Source: the human T2T-CHM13v2.0 reference genome, Homo sapiens
DNA length: 64,000 bases
Assembly (NCBI RefSeq): GCF_009914755.1
Contig: NC_060931.1
Reading direction: 5' to 3' (one strand)
The position numbers were made by a program, and so were the translations under genes. Shown one piece after another: positions 29,926 to 48,408 of the stretch. The notes below the pieces were generated by a model that ran no database searches, was not told the DNA's origin, and saw only the letters and a list, made by a program, of their open reading frames with translations. Numbering within the stretch: the first letter of the stretch is position 1; every line of letters starts with the position of its first letter.

Positions 29926-32900
29926 AAAATGTAAGTGCAGTTCTTTAAGTAGATATTGGAATCTAACAGTAAAAGAAGTAAGCAATATTAATTTCACTAG
30001 GAGGTAAAAATATAATTTCTAAGATAATGAATTTATGCTTGTTATTACATTGCTATTCATTTAATGGATGGAATAGTGATTGAAAATCAGGGAATGTTAC
30101 TTTACTCAGCTATGAATAGAGACTAATAATTTTTACCTATGAAAGGAGAATGTAAGAATTAAGTAGTATCCTTAGAGGCATTTAGGAATAAAATAAAAGT
30201 TGAAAAGATGACATTGTAAAGTTTACTCATGGTGCACTTTTTCCTGAATAGCTTTACCAGATAATTGTTAGCTTGTGAATTCCCTAAGGACAACAACCAA
30301 GTTCTTGTCACTTATTATTCCTAAAAATTGTGGCGAATGTTCAATGACTGTGCATATGATAGAAGGATAGTGGTCATGTGGGAAAAAGATAAATGGAATT
30401 ACAATACAAAATATACTTAAAATGAGACTAATAAAACTGTAGTTGTAAACGTGAACTGGCATAGCGACTGAACAGGAATGTGCACACAGAAGGGGGAGAA
30501 TTGGAAAAGTAGAGGTCATATCTAGGCTGGCACAGAACACAGGCACACACTGGAGGACTTGATCATCTTTTAAACTCTGCTACCCCAGGCAACTGTCAAT
30601 CTTCGTCTTGTATTTGTGCCAGCCTTTCAATCTTCTCTGATTCTATGAAACCATGCAGATTCTGTAAGAGCCCAAGGAATATTTCTCTTTTATCGCTTTG
30701 AAACTTTAAATCACATTGGGTTGATATTTGACGTACTTGTTGACAGCCTAAATGGATGTTTTTAAATAGTGTAGCTTAGATAAATCTTTCTTTTGTTGTA
30801 GGGGAGCCAAAAATGTTTTTATGGCTAACTCAAGCTTAATAAGCAGTCAGAGTTTTTTTAAAAAATGCAACCATTTAATTTTTAATATGGATTGGTTCCT
30901 TTTGGTAATTAAAAACTAACATTTTGTAAAATTGCCAATATTTTAATCAAAATAATGTAGGATTTTATACATAAGGCATTTAAATATGTTTTAAACCTTT
31001 CTGAGATGGAATCATGAAATAAAACAGATTGAAATAGTGTCTTTTATTGCCTATTTTCTTTTTAGACCAAAGGTCATATGTAAAGTTCAGCAAAGGCTGT
31101 ATTAAATTTTAATAGAGTCTAAAGTTTACTTGGAGTAATGCATGTCTAAATATTTTGTCACTATACTAACATGTGGCACCAGGAGGTATAATAACTAGGT
31201 ATCACGTTGTTTAAGTAGGCCTTGAAGTTTTTGCCACTAGTCAAGTTTGATCAATGATGACCCAAATCTCTTCCATTTTTCTCATTAGTGGCAGTGCCAA
31301 TATGTTGCTTTTAAGTCGGGATAACCATGTAGCCAGAATGTTTTGACAACTCGAGATAGACAGTCTCTTGTTTAGCCAGAGACCAAATAAAAGAGGCCAA
31401 GAAGAGAGTTTTACTTCCTTTTGTGTGCTTAGAAGTCTATATCTCTGGTAAGCATTCAGACATAAGCATTATCAAATATAATCATCTCAAGGGCCTTGAA
31501 ATGGTTATACTTTGTGCATTTCTATACAGTGTGCTGCATTTCATTCACTTCTTTAATTTCTGTACAGCCAGAGGTATCTTAGAATTTCTTCTGCTGTCTT
31601 AGCCATTATATCAGTAAAACAGAAATCAAACACTAGTTACCTTACATTACTTTGTAATAAACATTAACATAGTAACATTCTTAATATTAAACATCATGTG
31701 TTTTGCTCTTTTCCTAATATCTTACTAATTTTCCAACTTCAAATTCTGATTATTAAATATATATTCTATAATGCCATCTGACAACTTTTTAGTTTATTCA
31801 GTCTTAGATAACTCGTATGTAAAGAATGATCAGACATATTTTGACTATCTCAATTTCATTTTTTCAAAAGGTTAGCTGAGATCATGATAAAGTTCTTAAT
31901 TCTGAACTTAATTTTTCTCAATAAGTAAAGCTAGTTTAATAATATTAAATAATAGCCATCAATTAAATAATGAGCTCTGTTGAAGTCAGTTTAACAAACT
32001 GAATTCAAAAGAATATTATTTCTGCTCAAAGGCAATGCAACATCATTATAGAGACCTAATAGGTTCCAAGTGCTAATAGTTTGGCCTGCATCACATTTAG
32101 AAGTTTTAAGCACTTCGAAATAATGTGAAAGTATATGTGGAGATGGAGTTTGGGCTGAAATTTGAACTGCTGTATAGATCTGTCTGCTTCCTCCTGATTG
32201 TTAGTTTTTTCATGTATTTTTGCAGTACTATGAAGGTGAAGATCACTAGACTCTCATTTTCTTTATGTTGATGGAGCCACTGAAAGCCCCAAACTACCAC
32301 AAAGTCAGGAAATGCAAAGTGTGGTCACTTTCCACAACCTATTATGAAATAAAATTGCTTAGTATTCTTGCGTTATGTGAGGTTTCAGTTATTGATCTTG
32401 AGCATATCATCAACAAGCAAATAAGTGAATGTGGCCCTCTTTCTCCCCTTTATTTTCTATAAAGAATTAGCCTGATATTATAGTCAACCACAAACTTTAC
32501 TCTGCCCCCAAAACGATTAGTGCACATACGCTACAAAAAGCAATGATTAATGTGTTTTTTATTATTGTATATTATTAATGTGTAGTTTATGTTTGTGATA
32601 AGATTCTAAAATTACTATTTTTTAAAGATTAGCTGTAGTTCTGTGTTTAGGAAATACAAGCGTAAACATTAAGAGATGCTTCAACTAAAATAAATTGTGC
32701 TGAATTTTTGGTCTTTGTGGTATAAGGCAATTGTATAGATGCCACTGAGCTGAAATGGTCTTTAATTATTCACTGATCAAAAGATAAGACTTATATTTTG
32801 CTAATTAATGCAATTTCCAATTAAAAACATACAGACTAACACAAGCTTCTATTTAAAATAAATTTTCTCCACAGTGTGAAGTATATCTGTTCTTTAAAAT

Positions 32901-33164
32901 TTTGATGTTTTCTTAAAAAGATTTATCAATTTCCCCCCAAAATGATCTGTCTTCTTTTTGCCTATGAACAGAAATTGGGAAGAGACATATGGAAACCCTC
33001 CACATTTTCTCTAAGCTGCCCAAAGTCTATAATACAAAAGACTATAGGATTTAAACTTGTTCTTTGTTTTAGCATCATTCTTCATCTTTAGAGAAAGACA
33101 TAACACATCTAAAACAAAACAAAAAATGAACTACTCCCCAGCTGCAAAAAAATTCTGTAAGTAC

Positions 33165-33370
33165 AATGTGGTGTTGAGCATGGAGAATTTGGAATCAGAT
33201 AAACAATTTGGGTTTGAATTTCAGCTTTCCTGTATTGCCTTGGACAAAATATGAACTTTTCTCAGCTTCAACTTCATATGTAACATTCCAGGCAATGACT
33301 GAGTTAGCCTCACAAGATTCCTATAAAGATTGTGTGATACACTCTGCCTAGCAGAGCACCCGGTCCAATC
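33165..33370 (+). mobile_element. MIR SINE
   Basis: 'gtggtgttgagcatggagaatttggaatcagat...gggtttgaatttcagct...ccttggacaaa...tttctcagcttcaacttc'. Confidence 0.65.
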
Positions 33371-33422
33371 AGGATATAGTGATTAATAAGACAAATGCTT
33401 GATGGCTCTCACCTTTGTGTAT

Positions 33423-34155
33423 TGTTATGGGTTGAATTGTGTTCCTGCGAGATTCACAGGTGGATGCCCTAACCCGCAGTACCTCAGATTGTAGCTGTAT
33501 TTGGAGATAAAGCCTTTAAAGAAGCGATTAAGGTAAAATGAAGTCGTATGGGTGGGCCCTAATTCAATACAATGGGTGTCTGTATAAGAAGAAACAATAA
33601 AGACACAGACGTGAGCATGCAGAGAGGGAAGTCCATGTGAGAACACAGCAAGAAGATAGCTATCTGTAGGTCAAGGAGAGGGGCCTCAGGAGGAGTCAAC
33701 CCCGCCAACAACTTGATGTTGGACTTCTGGCCTCCAGAACTATGAAAAATCAATTTCTATTGTTTAAGCCAGTTAGTCTATGGTGCAGTCCGCCCTCCAT
33801 ATCCCTGGGTTCCCCATCTATGGATTCAACCTACCATGGACCAAAAATATTTGGGGGAAAATAGTCAATAAAAATAAAAATAACAATAAAAAATAATAAA
33901 ATTAAAAAACGAACGTCTACTATTTACAGAGTAATTACATTATATTAGGTATTATGAGTAAGTCTAAGTAATCTAGAGATCATTTAAATAATAGGGTAGG
34001 ATGTGTGTAGGTTATATGCAAATGCTATGCCATTTTATATAAGGGACTTGAGCATCTGTAGATGTTCATATCCACAGGGGTGTCCTGGAACAAATCCTTC
34101 ATGGATACCAACAGATGATTGCATTTTGTTACGGAAGCCCTAGCAAACAAATATA
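33423..34155 (+). mobile_element. MaLR LTR (MLT1A/B), interrupted by MER2
   Basis: 'tgttatgggttgaattgtgt...ggacttctggcctccagaactatgaaaaatcaatttc'; terminus resumes at 34122. Confidence 0.9.
33786..34121 (-). mobile_element. MER2 (Tigger-family MITE)
   Basis: Termini cagtccgccctccatatcc / ggataccaacagatgattg; 'ttttatataagggacttgagcatc'. Confidence 0.85.
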
Positions 34156-34653
34156 CCTACCCAGGACAACTTTCTTCTCCAGTTTTTGGAAAAGACTTAT
34201 TGCATCAGACAAAAGTGTTGGGCCTATGACTATGCTAGGCCATGATCATAGTACCTATAGCAACCAAGTCATTTGCCCAGGCCCAAAACAAGGTTAGTCA
34301 GAGTCCTTTTCTAGGCTTTTTCTGTTAAAGGACACGGGGTTATTCTCTAATTCTTTACTTAAAATTGTGGTCCTAGAACATATACCCAGTGATACAAAGA
34401 TAAGCCTGAGAGGAAATGGCAGGTACTCAAAGAGAAGAAAAGGTGAAAGATAAAGAGGGAGAGTACCAGAGCCACCCTTAGTTTCAACACCTGTCTTCAA
34501 TTTTGTGAGCTTCTCTCCAAAAAGTTTTCATTTTAAGTTGGCTTATTGTCATTTTTAGCTAAAAGAAATCCCTACTATTCTTTTCACTTTTGTTATAAAA
34601 CTGAACATACAGTTCCATGAGAAAAAAGAATCCTTACATCAACAGAGTTGATA

Positions 34654-35135
34654 CATTACGGGTTGAGTTGTATGTTCTTCTCCCCATCCAAAAAGATATG
34701 TTGAAATCCTAACCCCCCAGTTCCTTAGAATGTGACCTTATTTGGAAATAGGGTTTTTGCAGTTATATTTAATTAAAATGAGCTCACACTGGAGTCCGGT
34801 GAGCCTCTAATCAAGTAAGACTCGTGTCGTTATAATAAGACAGCCATGTGAAGATGCAGAGATACAAAGGCAGAATGCTACGTAACAATGGAGGCAAAGA
34901 CTGGAGTGATGCATCTACAAGCCAGATAATGCCAGTGATGGTTGGCAGACTACCAGAAGCTAGGAAAACGCAAGAAAGGATCCCCCTACAGATTTCAGAG
35001 GAAGCATGGACATGCCAGCATGTGGATTTCAAGTTTGTAGCTTCCAGAACTGCAAGACAATAAATTCACTTTGTATTAAGCTTCCCAGTTTGTGGTAACT
35101 GTAAGTTGTTGCAGAAGTTCTAAGAACCTAGTACA
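34654..35135 (+). mobile_element. MaLR LTR (MLT1C-like)
   Basis: 'gaatgtgaccttatttggaaatagggt...ggagtgatgcatctacaagcca...accagaagctagga...ccagaactgcaagacaataaatt'. Confidence 0.88.
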
Positions 35136-36169
35136 GCATATAAGAAAGGGGTTAAGGTTCATGGCAGTCATAGTTATCATTGAGATCCCACATTTTGTGT
35201 AAGAAGACCCTCCTCTGATCTCCTCTAGTCTTTATTTGCACTTTTCAGTTTTTAAAAGCACAGTGCAATTTGTATGTGTTTTAACAATTTGTGTGTGTCA
35301 ACAACTAGATGGTAAGTCTTTTGAGGTCGGGATCTATGTCTTTTAGCTCTCCGCTGCCCAGCACAGTGAATAAATTCATGTACATCATGTTGTCATTGTC
35401 ATCATCAACAGCATAAACGTCATCACTATCATAATCATCACCGTCATTACCATTAATACACCATTAATACAGCTACTGTTTATTATTATTATAGGGTTAA
35501 ACAAGGTGCCTTTCATATATTATTCCATGTAATCTACACAAGACCCATGTTAAATAGCTATTAACCTATTTAAAGAAGATGAAACTGTTGCTGAAAGAGA
35601 AGTTTGGGAAGTACATTCCCAAAGTTCCCACAGTTGACGGGAGAGGAGGATTAAACATAATTTTAAGGATCTCCAAAGTAAAAGTCTTGAAGACAATGTG
35701 ATTGTTATTTTGTAAATCTTTTCTAATTTTGCAACTGTTAAGCATTCTAGAATCCCACTCATGCTCTGAGTCACCCGAAATGATGCTCTTACACTTTTTC
35801 TGGGGCTGCAACTCAAAGTTTCTATCTTTGTTATTCTAAGAGATTATTATAATTATTATATCAGTAATACTTCTATCTTCATCTCTCTCTCTCTGTCTCT
35901 CTCTCGCCTTCTCTCACTTTACTTAATCTTCTGGCCATTACTGTAGTTTAGGTTGGATGAAATGAAATTACTACTTTTTCAATACTATAGAGATTTAAAA
36001 TTTCATAAACAGATTTTCAGAAAAATAAATGATATAGACATTAACTATTTTTCTAATTTCTGGAACAAACTAAGACTCTCTTAAAAACCACTGGGACGAC
36101 CCTCACTCCCTTTCATTCCCAACTCTGAACTAAAGCTGCCCTGTTGGGTTACTCAGGACCTCAGATCTC

Positions 36170-37845
<1,676 letters not shown>

Positions 37846-39152
37846 CAATCAATATTCTCAAGCTTTTCAATGACAGGCATCATTTCATGTTCCATTTTTA
37901 TGTTACCAATCACCTGGCACCCTGTCCTCAATACAGCAGATTTTCAAAAACTATTTGTTGAAGCTACATTCCTATGAGATTCCCATTTCATGAGGGGGAG
38001 GAGCTCCAAAATAGGTTCTGTTTGAAACTTTAGATCACTATTCTGTTAGATATCAGAAAAGGGTCTTGCCCTTGACTTTTTGATTGTGAATTTACTTCTT
38101 ACTTTTTCTGCCATCAAATTATTTCATTTCACTTTCATGTCTTATTTTTCTTATTGTGTATTCAGTTTTCAACATGCTATAATATTAATTGTATAAAATA
38201 TCTAATTGAGTGAGCACATTTGTAATTAAGCAGGGTTTTCTAGCTGGGACACCTCTCATACTGACAAGAATTGCGAACACTTCCATATATGTTTCAGAAA
38301 CAGTTATAGTAGATACATTATAAATAATTAAGAAATGGAATAACCTTTTACTGATTAATTTCCGTAAACCGTAAGTTTGTTCTTTATGGACAAATGAAAA
38401 ACATAACAAACTTGGTTTTTGATACCATATAGATGACAAATAGTGATCACTTATCAGAGAAGAAAGAAAATGCTAACTTCACTAAAATGATTATACTTTT
38501 GGGAAATATTCTGGAAAGTTTTTTACCTAATATGGCTGAGCAATAGGAGACCCTGAACTAAATTTCAGAAAACCAGAATGAGGTTTAACTGCATAATAAT
38601 TGTGATTTAGAACCAAATGACTTAAACTCTTAGCATCTCAGCTTTCTTATATATTATCTTCAAAGCATCTTATCAAGATAAATGAAAAAGAGAGCATTAT
38701 TCATCTCTTCTTTGAAGAAAGTCTTATTCATACTTGCATGTGAGGGTTCAGCCCTTTCTTTAAAAGCAAAAATACGTGGCACAGACAGTCCTGGGAAGTT
38801 GTAGCACTTCCTAAAATGAAAAGTTAAGTAGACATATAACTAGCACACAGTAGGGAATCCAGGCTATGGTTTTCTCACTTAAACTTTACATTTTGATCAT
38901 ACCATGCAAAGTAAAACAAAAAAATGAGACATTTTTGCCTTCTCTCAGATTCACCCAAATAACAAGTGTTCAGAGAATTTTCCATTTGAGTCAAACACAA
39001 TACTAGCTAAAGGGATGGGGAAAAAGACAAAGAAGGAATCAAATCTGTGTTCACTATGAAAGGAATAAAAAAAACTAAACAACTTAGTGGAAGACATTCT
39101 AAATTGTAGGTATTATAAGGAAGGCCCTTTTGTAAAATTTAAAATTTTATGT

Positions 39153-39632
39153 CAGAGGTTCATAACATTAGGTCCACCAACCCCAAGGTCCATAAATTGA
39201 TTTCAAGGGCTGTGTGAAGTTGGATGGGGAAAATTTACATCTTTATTCTCATTAGCCACCAAAAGAAATTTAGCATTTCCTTCAATTATGAATGTAGGCA
39301 GCAACGGCAGCAGCAGTACTTATAATTTTATCACGAATAGACATTAGAGATATTTTTAAGTCACATTACAGTTCTTGGCGGTATCACAAATTATTGTTTA
39401 TGATCATCATTGCTTTGGTAGTTATTTTGCATATTGCTAGGTCTTGTTATTTGATGTGTGAATAGAATTACACAATTGATAAAATATTTGAATATCAGTA
39501 TTTCAATATAGTAGGCTTCCTTTATAAGTCTACATATTTTGTTTATGCATTCCAAAATGTTTTTTCTGATAACTTAGGCTTCAGTAGGCTACCAAAAAGG
39601 TCCACGGAACTAAAAACGGTTAAGAATCTCTG
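39153..39632. mobile_element. hAT-Charlie non-autonomous element (Charlie4a-like)
   Basis: Terminal inverted repeats cagaggttcataac / gttaagaatctctg (12 of 14 match). Confidence 0.7.
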
Positions 39633-39676
39633 ATAGTTTGGTATTTTGTATTGAATTATATATTTGGCTAAGATGC

Positions 39677-41314
<1,638 letters not shown>

Positions 41315-41340
41315 CATGTTTTTTAAACAAAAAAAAAAAT

Positions 41341-41617
<277 letters not shown>

Positions 41618-43457
41618 TTAAACAAATTTAAAGGGCAAAATAATACTAAGAATTGGGGGAAAAGGATTTCTTAAAAATTATGAAACTGATATTGAAATGA
41701 GTTCAATACAAGAAATCATTATTGAAAAGCGTATAGATTAAACTTATAAATTACATATTATAAAATAATATAATAAATGGGAAGGTAACTATCTTCCAAT
41801 AAGGAGTATCCAGATAATCCTGAACATTGACTCTGCGGCAAAAAGGAAACTTTATGACCGGTCAGAGCATGTTGTAGCATGCATATGGCCTGCCAGAGAA
41901 CAGATAGCAAGACTTCCCATTGTCTTTGTACTGCCTTTAAAGTTACACATGTATAAATCACTCAAGGATGATTAGATTTCTTGATATATTTAACATTAAC
42001 TTTTCTATTATTTGCAAATTTTTGTTAAGAAATTTCCTAGACAATATTGTTTTTCTGATGAAAACATAATAAAAAACAGGTTTTGTTTATTTAGAAACTA
42101 AAAAATGAAATTTTGAAATGAAACATTGGATTTGAGGCACTGCAAATATGAGGTATATCAATCTGTACTTTGAGGACATCCATCTCTGTTTCTAGAAGGA
42201 TATAACTGAATTCTTTTAATTTCTGAGGAATTATTGAGGTATTGTTTCTTTCTTTGAGTTGTTTTTTTCTTTTTTTAAGTAGAGGTGAATGAGTTGTACG
42301 TTAACCATTATATTAAATAAATGTATATAGAGCAGTGAAAAATCACCAGATTGGTTCTGAAGATGTGAGGGAAACATGTTGACAAAACAAAATAAGCCCC
42401 AACATCAATAGCAAAGGAGACTGATAGGTCGAGGAATCACTAACCTATTTTTAAAAACTAGTGGGCTTAAAAATAGAGTAAATACATATTATTTACTTTA
42501 GAAAAGCCATACTCTGTTTCTATTACATCATTTGCATATTAGTTATGATTTATACATGAATGTGTCTTAAGGTGTTCCAAGTTTTTCCTCTGTATTTATC
42601 TTTCTTAGACTTACTGGGTGGGGTGAAGGAATGAGGAATAGAAGAGGGATAATGAAATATTTTAAAAGTTCCCTTTAATTTTGCTTGAAAAGGTTACAGT
42701 GTGGTAGATACCATTTCTCTCTAATCACAATATATATACTAAGGTAGATATTATGATACCTTTTAATCTCTACTTAGAGATTTTTTGAAGGTGCATTTTA
42801 TGAAAGGTTAAACTAAAAATAAATATGCCTTTCAAAAAAAGGTAAATATATTTAGATATTATGAAACTAAAGCCACATGTATTAATAACTATCTGGTTTA
42901 TATTTATTTCTGCACTTTGATAAACAACATACAATCCGCAAGCTTACAATAAAATATGCAGAGAGTTCACCAGAATTAATACATAGCTCACTGTCTATGC
43001 ACTGTGAAAAGGTGTTACTTAAGCTTCTTCACCATTTGTGCCTCTTATTACCAGATGGAAAGGATTCTTAATATCAAATGGTACTCAAAATTCCAAAGAT
43101 AACTAGCTCATAACTTAAAGAAATCTCTTAGAAGTTGTATAGTTGGCCCTTCTATGTATAGAGAGATGCATGTCTAAACAGTAAAATAATAAAACAAAAA
43201 AGAGTAAATTGATCAACTCTTTAGACATTGAGTAAGAAAAGGTTAAAATCTTCTTCCATATTTGTGGTAAGAAAGCTTTTTTTCTATCTCACCTAAGTTA
43301 AGTGAGAAATTTAACTTGTTCATTAATTTTTAATTATTCTGTTTGAAGATACATGATAAATTCCAACGAACATAAGGCGGTACTCTATCTTTTGCTTTTC
43401 TTGTTTCTGCTATAACATCTCAAAATAACACTTTATACAGGTTTTGAACAAATTTAA

Positions 43458-43778
<321 letters not shown>

Positions 43779-43831
43779 TAAGCTCTCCCTTATTATTTTA
43801 TCCAACCCTTACTAGAGGGCAAGGGTAGGTA

Positions 43832-44045
43832 TAGTGATGTCTTGGAGCCAATTTATCTTTACTGAAAGCTGATTGTTAAATTTTATTAAAAGTAACAATA
43901 ATTTTAATAACATTTATTAAAGTTAATAATTTTAATAATATTAAAAATTAAATTATATAAACTTCTAATTACATAAATTATATTTAAAACAAAAGAACTA
44001 AGCACTCAAGAGTCATCATTTTCTAATTACTTTGCCACAAATGCA
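43832..44045. mobile_element. MER63-like hAT fragment
   Basis: 'agtgatgtcttggagcc...gctgattgttaaatttt...aaattaaattatataaactt'. Confidence 0.6.
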
Positions 44046-44076
44046 GTCAATAGTACTTTTTACCCTACGCTAAGTA

Positions 44077-44438
44077 TGATATGGTTTGGCTCTGTGTCCT
44101 CACCCAAATCTAGAATTGTAATACCCACGTGTCAGAGGAGGGATCTGGTGGGAGGTGATTGGATCATGGGGACTAACTTCCCCTTTGCTATTTTTGTGAT
44201 AGTGAGTTCTCACGAGATATGGTTGTTTAAAAGGATGTGGGACTTCCCCTTTTGCTCTCTCTCTCTCTCCTGCCGCCATGTAAGACAAGCCTTGCTTCCC
44301 CTTTGCCTTTTGCCATTGTTTTAAGTTTCCTGAGGCCTCCCCAGCCATGTGGAACTGTGAGTCAACTAAACCTCATTTCTTTCTAAATTACCCAGTCTTA
44401 GGTAGTTCTTTATAGCAATGTGAGAATGGACTAATATA
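44077..44438 (+). mobile_element. THE1 (THE1D-like) solo LTR
   Basis: 'tgatatggtttggctctgtgtc...aagtttcctgaggcctccccagcc...ggactaatata'; 5-bp TSD AAGTA at 44072-44076 and 44439-44443. Confidence 0.95.
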
Positions 44439-44486
44439 AAGTAGCTATTATGAGCCTAATTTTACTAATGAGAAAAACTGTATCTT

Positions 44487-44844
<358 letters not shown>

Positions 44845-44979
44845 TAGTGTTGGGCCTCTACTGCATAGCTACTGCCTTTCTTTCTTTCTTTTTGGTCAGT
44901 TACACAGTCAACGAATATTAAGTGTTGTACCTACTAAGTGAAAGACATTATAACCGGGAACTTACAGAGAAACCTAATG

Positions 44980-45502
44980 TCTCCTTCCCCATCCTCACTC
45001 TCAGCTGATGACTTCACTTTCTATTCCACAGTGAAAGGAGAAAGTCTCAGAAGAAAATGCCAAACTTCATTCTTACCTGTGCTTATTCTGCTGTTCTTTG
45101 AACACACTTGGCACTTTGCCAACACAAGGCCTCTTTTGTTCTTCCCTCTGCATAGAATTTTTCAAGTGTGTTCATAGTAGTGCTCTTATTTTCCTCAAAC
45201 TTTTACTCAAAAGTAACCTTCTGGCCGAGTCCTTCCATGGCCACCTTATCTAAAAGTCATCCCTCCTTTTTTCTTCAGTATACTATACCCCCTTTCTTTG
45301 TCTTACTTTCTTTTTCTTAGCATTATCACTATCCTGTAAACTATATTTAACTTATTTATTTTCTTTATTGTTTATCTCTCTTTCTATGATGTAATTTTCA
45401 GCAGACTAGGGTTTTTTGATCTTTTTTCATTCAACATCTTACCCTAAAACCTAGAACAGTGCCTAATGCATAGCAGATGCTAAATAAATATTTACTGAAT
45501 AA
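44980..45502 (+). mobile_element. L2 fragment
   Basis: 'tcagctgatgacttcactttctattccaca' and 3' end 'cctagaacagtgcctaatgcatagcagatgctaaataaatatttactgaat'. Confidence 0.75.
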
Positions 45503-46274
45503 AAGATAAAACGATAAGACACAAATGTAAAAATTAGAGCAGTGAACTATCTAGTTAGGTGTATTTTAGTATGAAGAGGGAAACTCAGCCAAGCTTCTCC
45601 ACACTTTGGGGAAGTGATTGTGAGTACATATGCCCAGGAAGCCAGGAATTTTGAGGTTTACTCCGTGATAGTTCCAAGTCAATTCAAGGCAGTCGAGTGT
45701 AAGCATTCGTGGGTCCTTACTCTCATACTGAACCATGAACTCAGTTTAGCAACTCCAGTGAGGTCTTGCTCTTCCTTCTCCCATTCAGTTATATAATATA
45801 TACAGAACATACTTTCTGTTTTGCCTAGTTTCTATTTGCATATACTTTCTGCTTAAATGTAACTCTTGTCTGCCCTGTACCCCACACAACCACACTCCTG
45901 TCTCTGTTCATCATAAACTTTTGGCTTCAGTTTCCACTACTGTTTGCTTTTCTCTGTCTACTATATGAAGATTATAAGAGATAGTATCTTCCTTAGCAAA
46001 TATGTTTACAATTTAGGTAATTGACCAGACTAAGAACTGACTGTCTTCAGACAAACTTCTAGGACACCGTCTACGACCATGGCAGTACTGTCCTATAGCA
46101 CAGAATGGTTTCCTGAGGACTACTTGTTTAGTAGAGGCTATAAACAGGGCATGGTACTTAGAAAGAGTCATAGGAAAATTATGACATCAAGACTGTTGTG
46201 TTCAGTAAGACCTAAATGTATAAAAAATATCACAATTATTCTAGAAAGCTCACACTTATGACAACACATGCTTG

Positions 46275-47130
46275 ATTGGTCAGTCGCTAAGCACATTAAG
46301 TAAGCATTTTTAATCTCCATATACTGTTCTAGGCACTATATCATGGTTGCAAACAAACAAGTTCCTTGTTTGTGACACTTAATGCTGAAGGACAAGATGG
46401 ACAATAAACTAGTAAATTAAAAGAAATTCTGAAAGCAATAAATGTTATGTAGAGAATTAAGGTATCAGGTACTATTTTAGAGTAGGAAAGAACATCCCTC
46501 TGAGATGAGTATTAAGCTGAGATGTGCATGATAAAATGTTATCAGCCAGGTGAGTGTTGAGGGGATAACATTGCAGGCCAGTGGAATACATTTGGTAAGT
46601 TCGAAGATAATTGATAAAATTTTGGTTGGGGCATACTGGTTGAGGTGGTGAGTAATATGCCATGAGACCAAAGAGACACTCTGAAGTGAGAATCTTCAAG
46701 CTGTAACCATCCAAGTGAGAAAAGAGAGTGGCCTAGACTAGGAGGTGTTAGTGGAGATAGCAAAAGGAAAGGACCTAGGATTGTTTTAGAAGTTGAGTTG
46801 ATAGGACTTGCCTGATGTGCTGTATGTGAGTTATATGTTAAAAAAAGGACATGGACACATAGTAGGGAAAAACACACACTGGGGCTTGTTTGAGGGTGGG
46901 GCGTGTGAAGAGAGAGAGGATCAGGAAGAATAGTTGGTGGATGCTGGGCTGAATACCTGGATGATGGGATGATCTGTGCAGCAAATCACCAAGGCGTATG
47001 TTTACCTAAGTAACAAACCAGCACATCTTGCACATGTATCCCTGAACTCAAAATAATTGGTTTGAAGAACTGAATGTATTGTAATATTATTTATTGAGTT
47101 AGAAAGACTGAAAAGTATGAAGTTTGGTTG
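46275..47130 (-). mobile_element. L2 fragment, split by an L1 3' end
   Basis: 'gttctaggcact...acaataaactagtaaat', 'atccaagtgagaaaagagagtggcctagactagg', 'tgataggacttgcctgatg'. Confidence 0.65.
46849..47056 (+). mobile_element. Older L1PA 3' UTR fragment
   Basis: 'gatctgtgcagcaaatcacca...gtaacaaaccagcacatcttgcacatgtatccctgaact'. Confidence 0.88.
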
Positions 47131-47139
47131 TGTCTAGAT

Positions 47140-47940
47140 ATTGCTTATTGATTCTCAGAAATTTTACTCTTAAATTGTCCTCTGTATTGCAGTGACAGAA
47201 AGCCTGGAATCTACCTTTCTTAGACTCACTTACTAGCAGTTACTGGTTTAGGTTTTGCCAGTGAGAAACTCGTGTGTGAGACTTGGAAGGTGAACAAGAA
47301 GAAGAAGCCATTGATCTTCAGTGGGAGCTGCAGGCAGCTATATGGGCATTGGAGATGGCAGGTATGGAATTTTCCCCAGTGGCTTTAAGATGTCCTCCTG
47401 ATAATCACTTCCCTGAGTGCTGCAAGTAGCTGAGACTATTAACAGTGGTTTCTGTGTTTTCTGAATATCCTGATTTCCTGTCTCTTGCTGTGGCTTCCCC
47501 AGTCTTGCCAATGGTTGTACAACAGTCCCCCCGTTATACACAGGGGATATGCTCCACAGCTTCCAGTGGATGCCTGAAACTGTGGATAGTACCAAATCCT
47601 GTACATATTATGTTTTTTTTTTCTATATATACATACCTAAGATAAATTTTAATTTACAAATTAGGCACAATAAGAGACTAACAATGATAACAAAATAGAT
47701 AAAATAAAACAATGATAACAATATACTCTAATAAAATTATGTGAATGTGGTCTCTCTCAAAATATCTTACTGCATGTAATATTTTTGGACTGTGGTTAAA
47801 CATCAGGTAACTGAACTTAGGAATGTGAAACCATGGATAAGGGAGGAATACTGAATAATTCTCTAGTTCTCTGAGTTAAGTCATTTCTTCTATAAAATGC
47901 TTAGCATGGTTAATATTCTCCTCAACAAACTGACTGATAT
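47140..47940 (-). mobile_element. ERVL LTR (LTR33-like), split by MER44A
   Basis: 'agactcacttactagcag...taggttttgccagtgagaaactc...gagacttggaaggtg'. Confidence 0.5.
47520..47853 (+). mobile_element. MER44A (Tigger-family MITE)
   Basis: Termini caacagtcccccgttat / ataagggaggaatactg; 'cagtggatgcctgaaactgtggatagtacc'. Confidence 0.88.
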
Positions 47941-48085
47941 TGAGAGAATAATCAATAGTTCTGCTTTCTGGACTTCTAGAGGGAGAGATGTGAGCTGGAG
48001 ATAAGGATTTTGGAGTCACTGGTGTTTATATAATAAACATGGGACTAACTGAGGTTTCTTTACAGATAAGAGAAACGGAAATGGG

Positions 48086-48408
48086 TGCCAGGCGTGGTGG
48101 CTCAGGGTGTGGTGGCTCACTCCTGTAATCCCAGCACCTTGGGAGGCCGAGGTCAGGAGGGCAGATCACCTGAGGTCAGGAGTTCGAGACCAGCCTGGCC
48201 AACATGGTGAAACCCTGTCTTTACTAAAATACAAAAAAAAAATTTAGCTGGGAATGGTGGCACGTGCATGTAATCCCAGCTACCCAGTAGTTTAGGCAGG
48301 AGAATAGCTGGAACCCAGGAGACAGAGGCTGTAGTGACCCGAGATTGCGCCACTGCACTCCAGCCTGGGCGACAGAGTGAGACTCCATCTCAAAAACAAA
48401 CAAACAAA
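48086..48408 (+). mobile_element. AluSx-like with two small left-arm duplications
   Basis: Alu dimer with (AAAC)n tail. Confidence 0.95.

Noticed and set aside
32205-32356. Acceptor-like 'tattttgcag' followed by a downstream AATAAA (possible terminal exon)
   Set aside because: Such motifs are frequent in AT-rich DNA; no coding or upstream exon support
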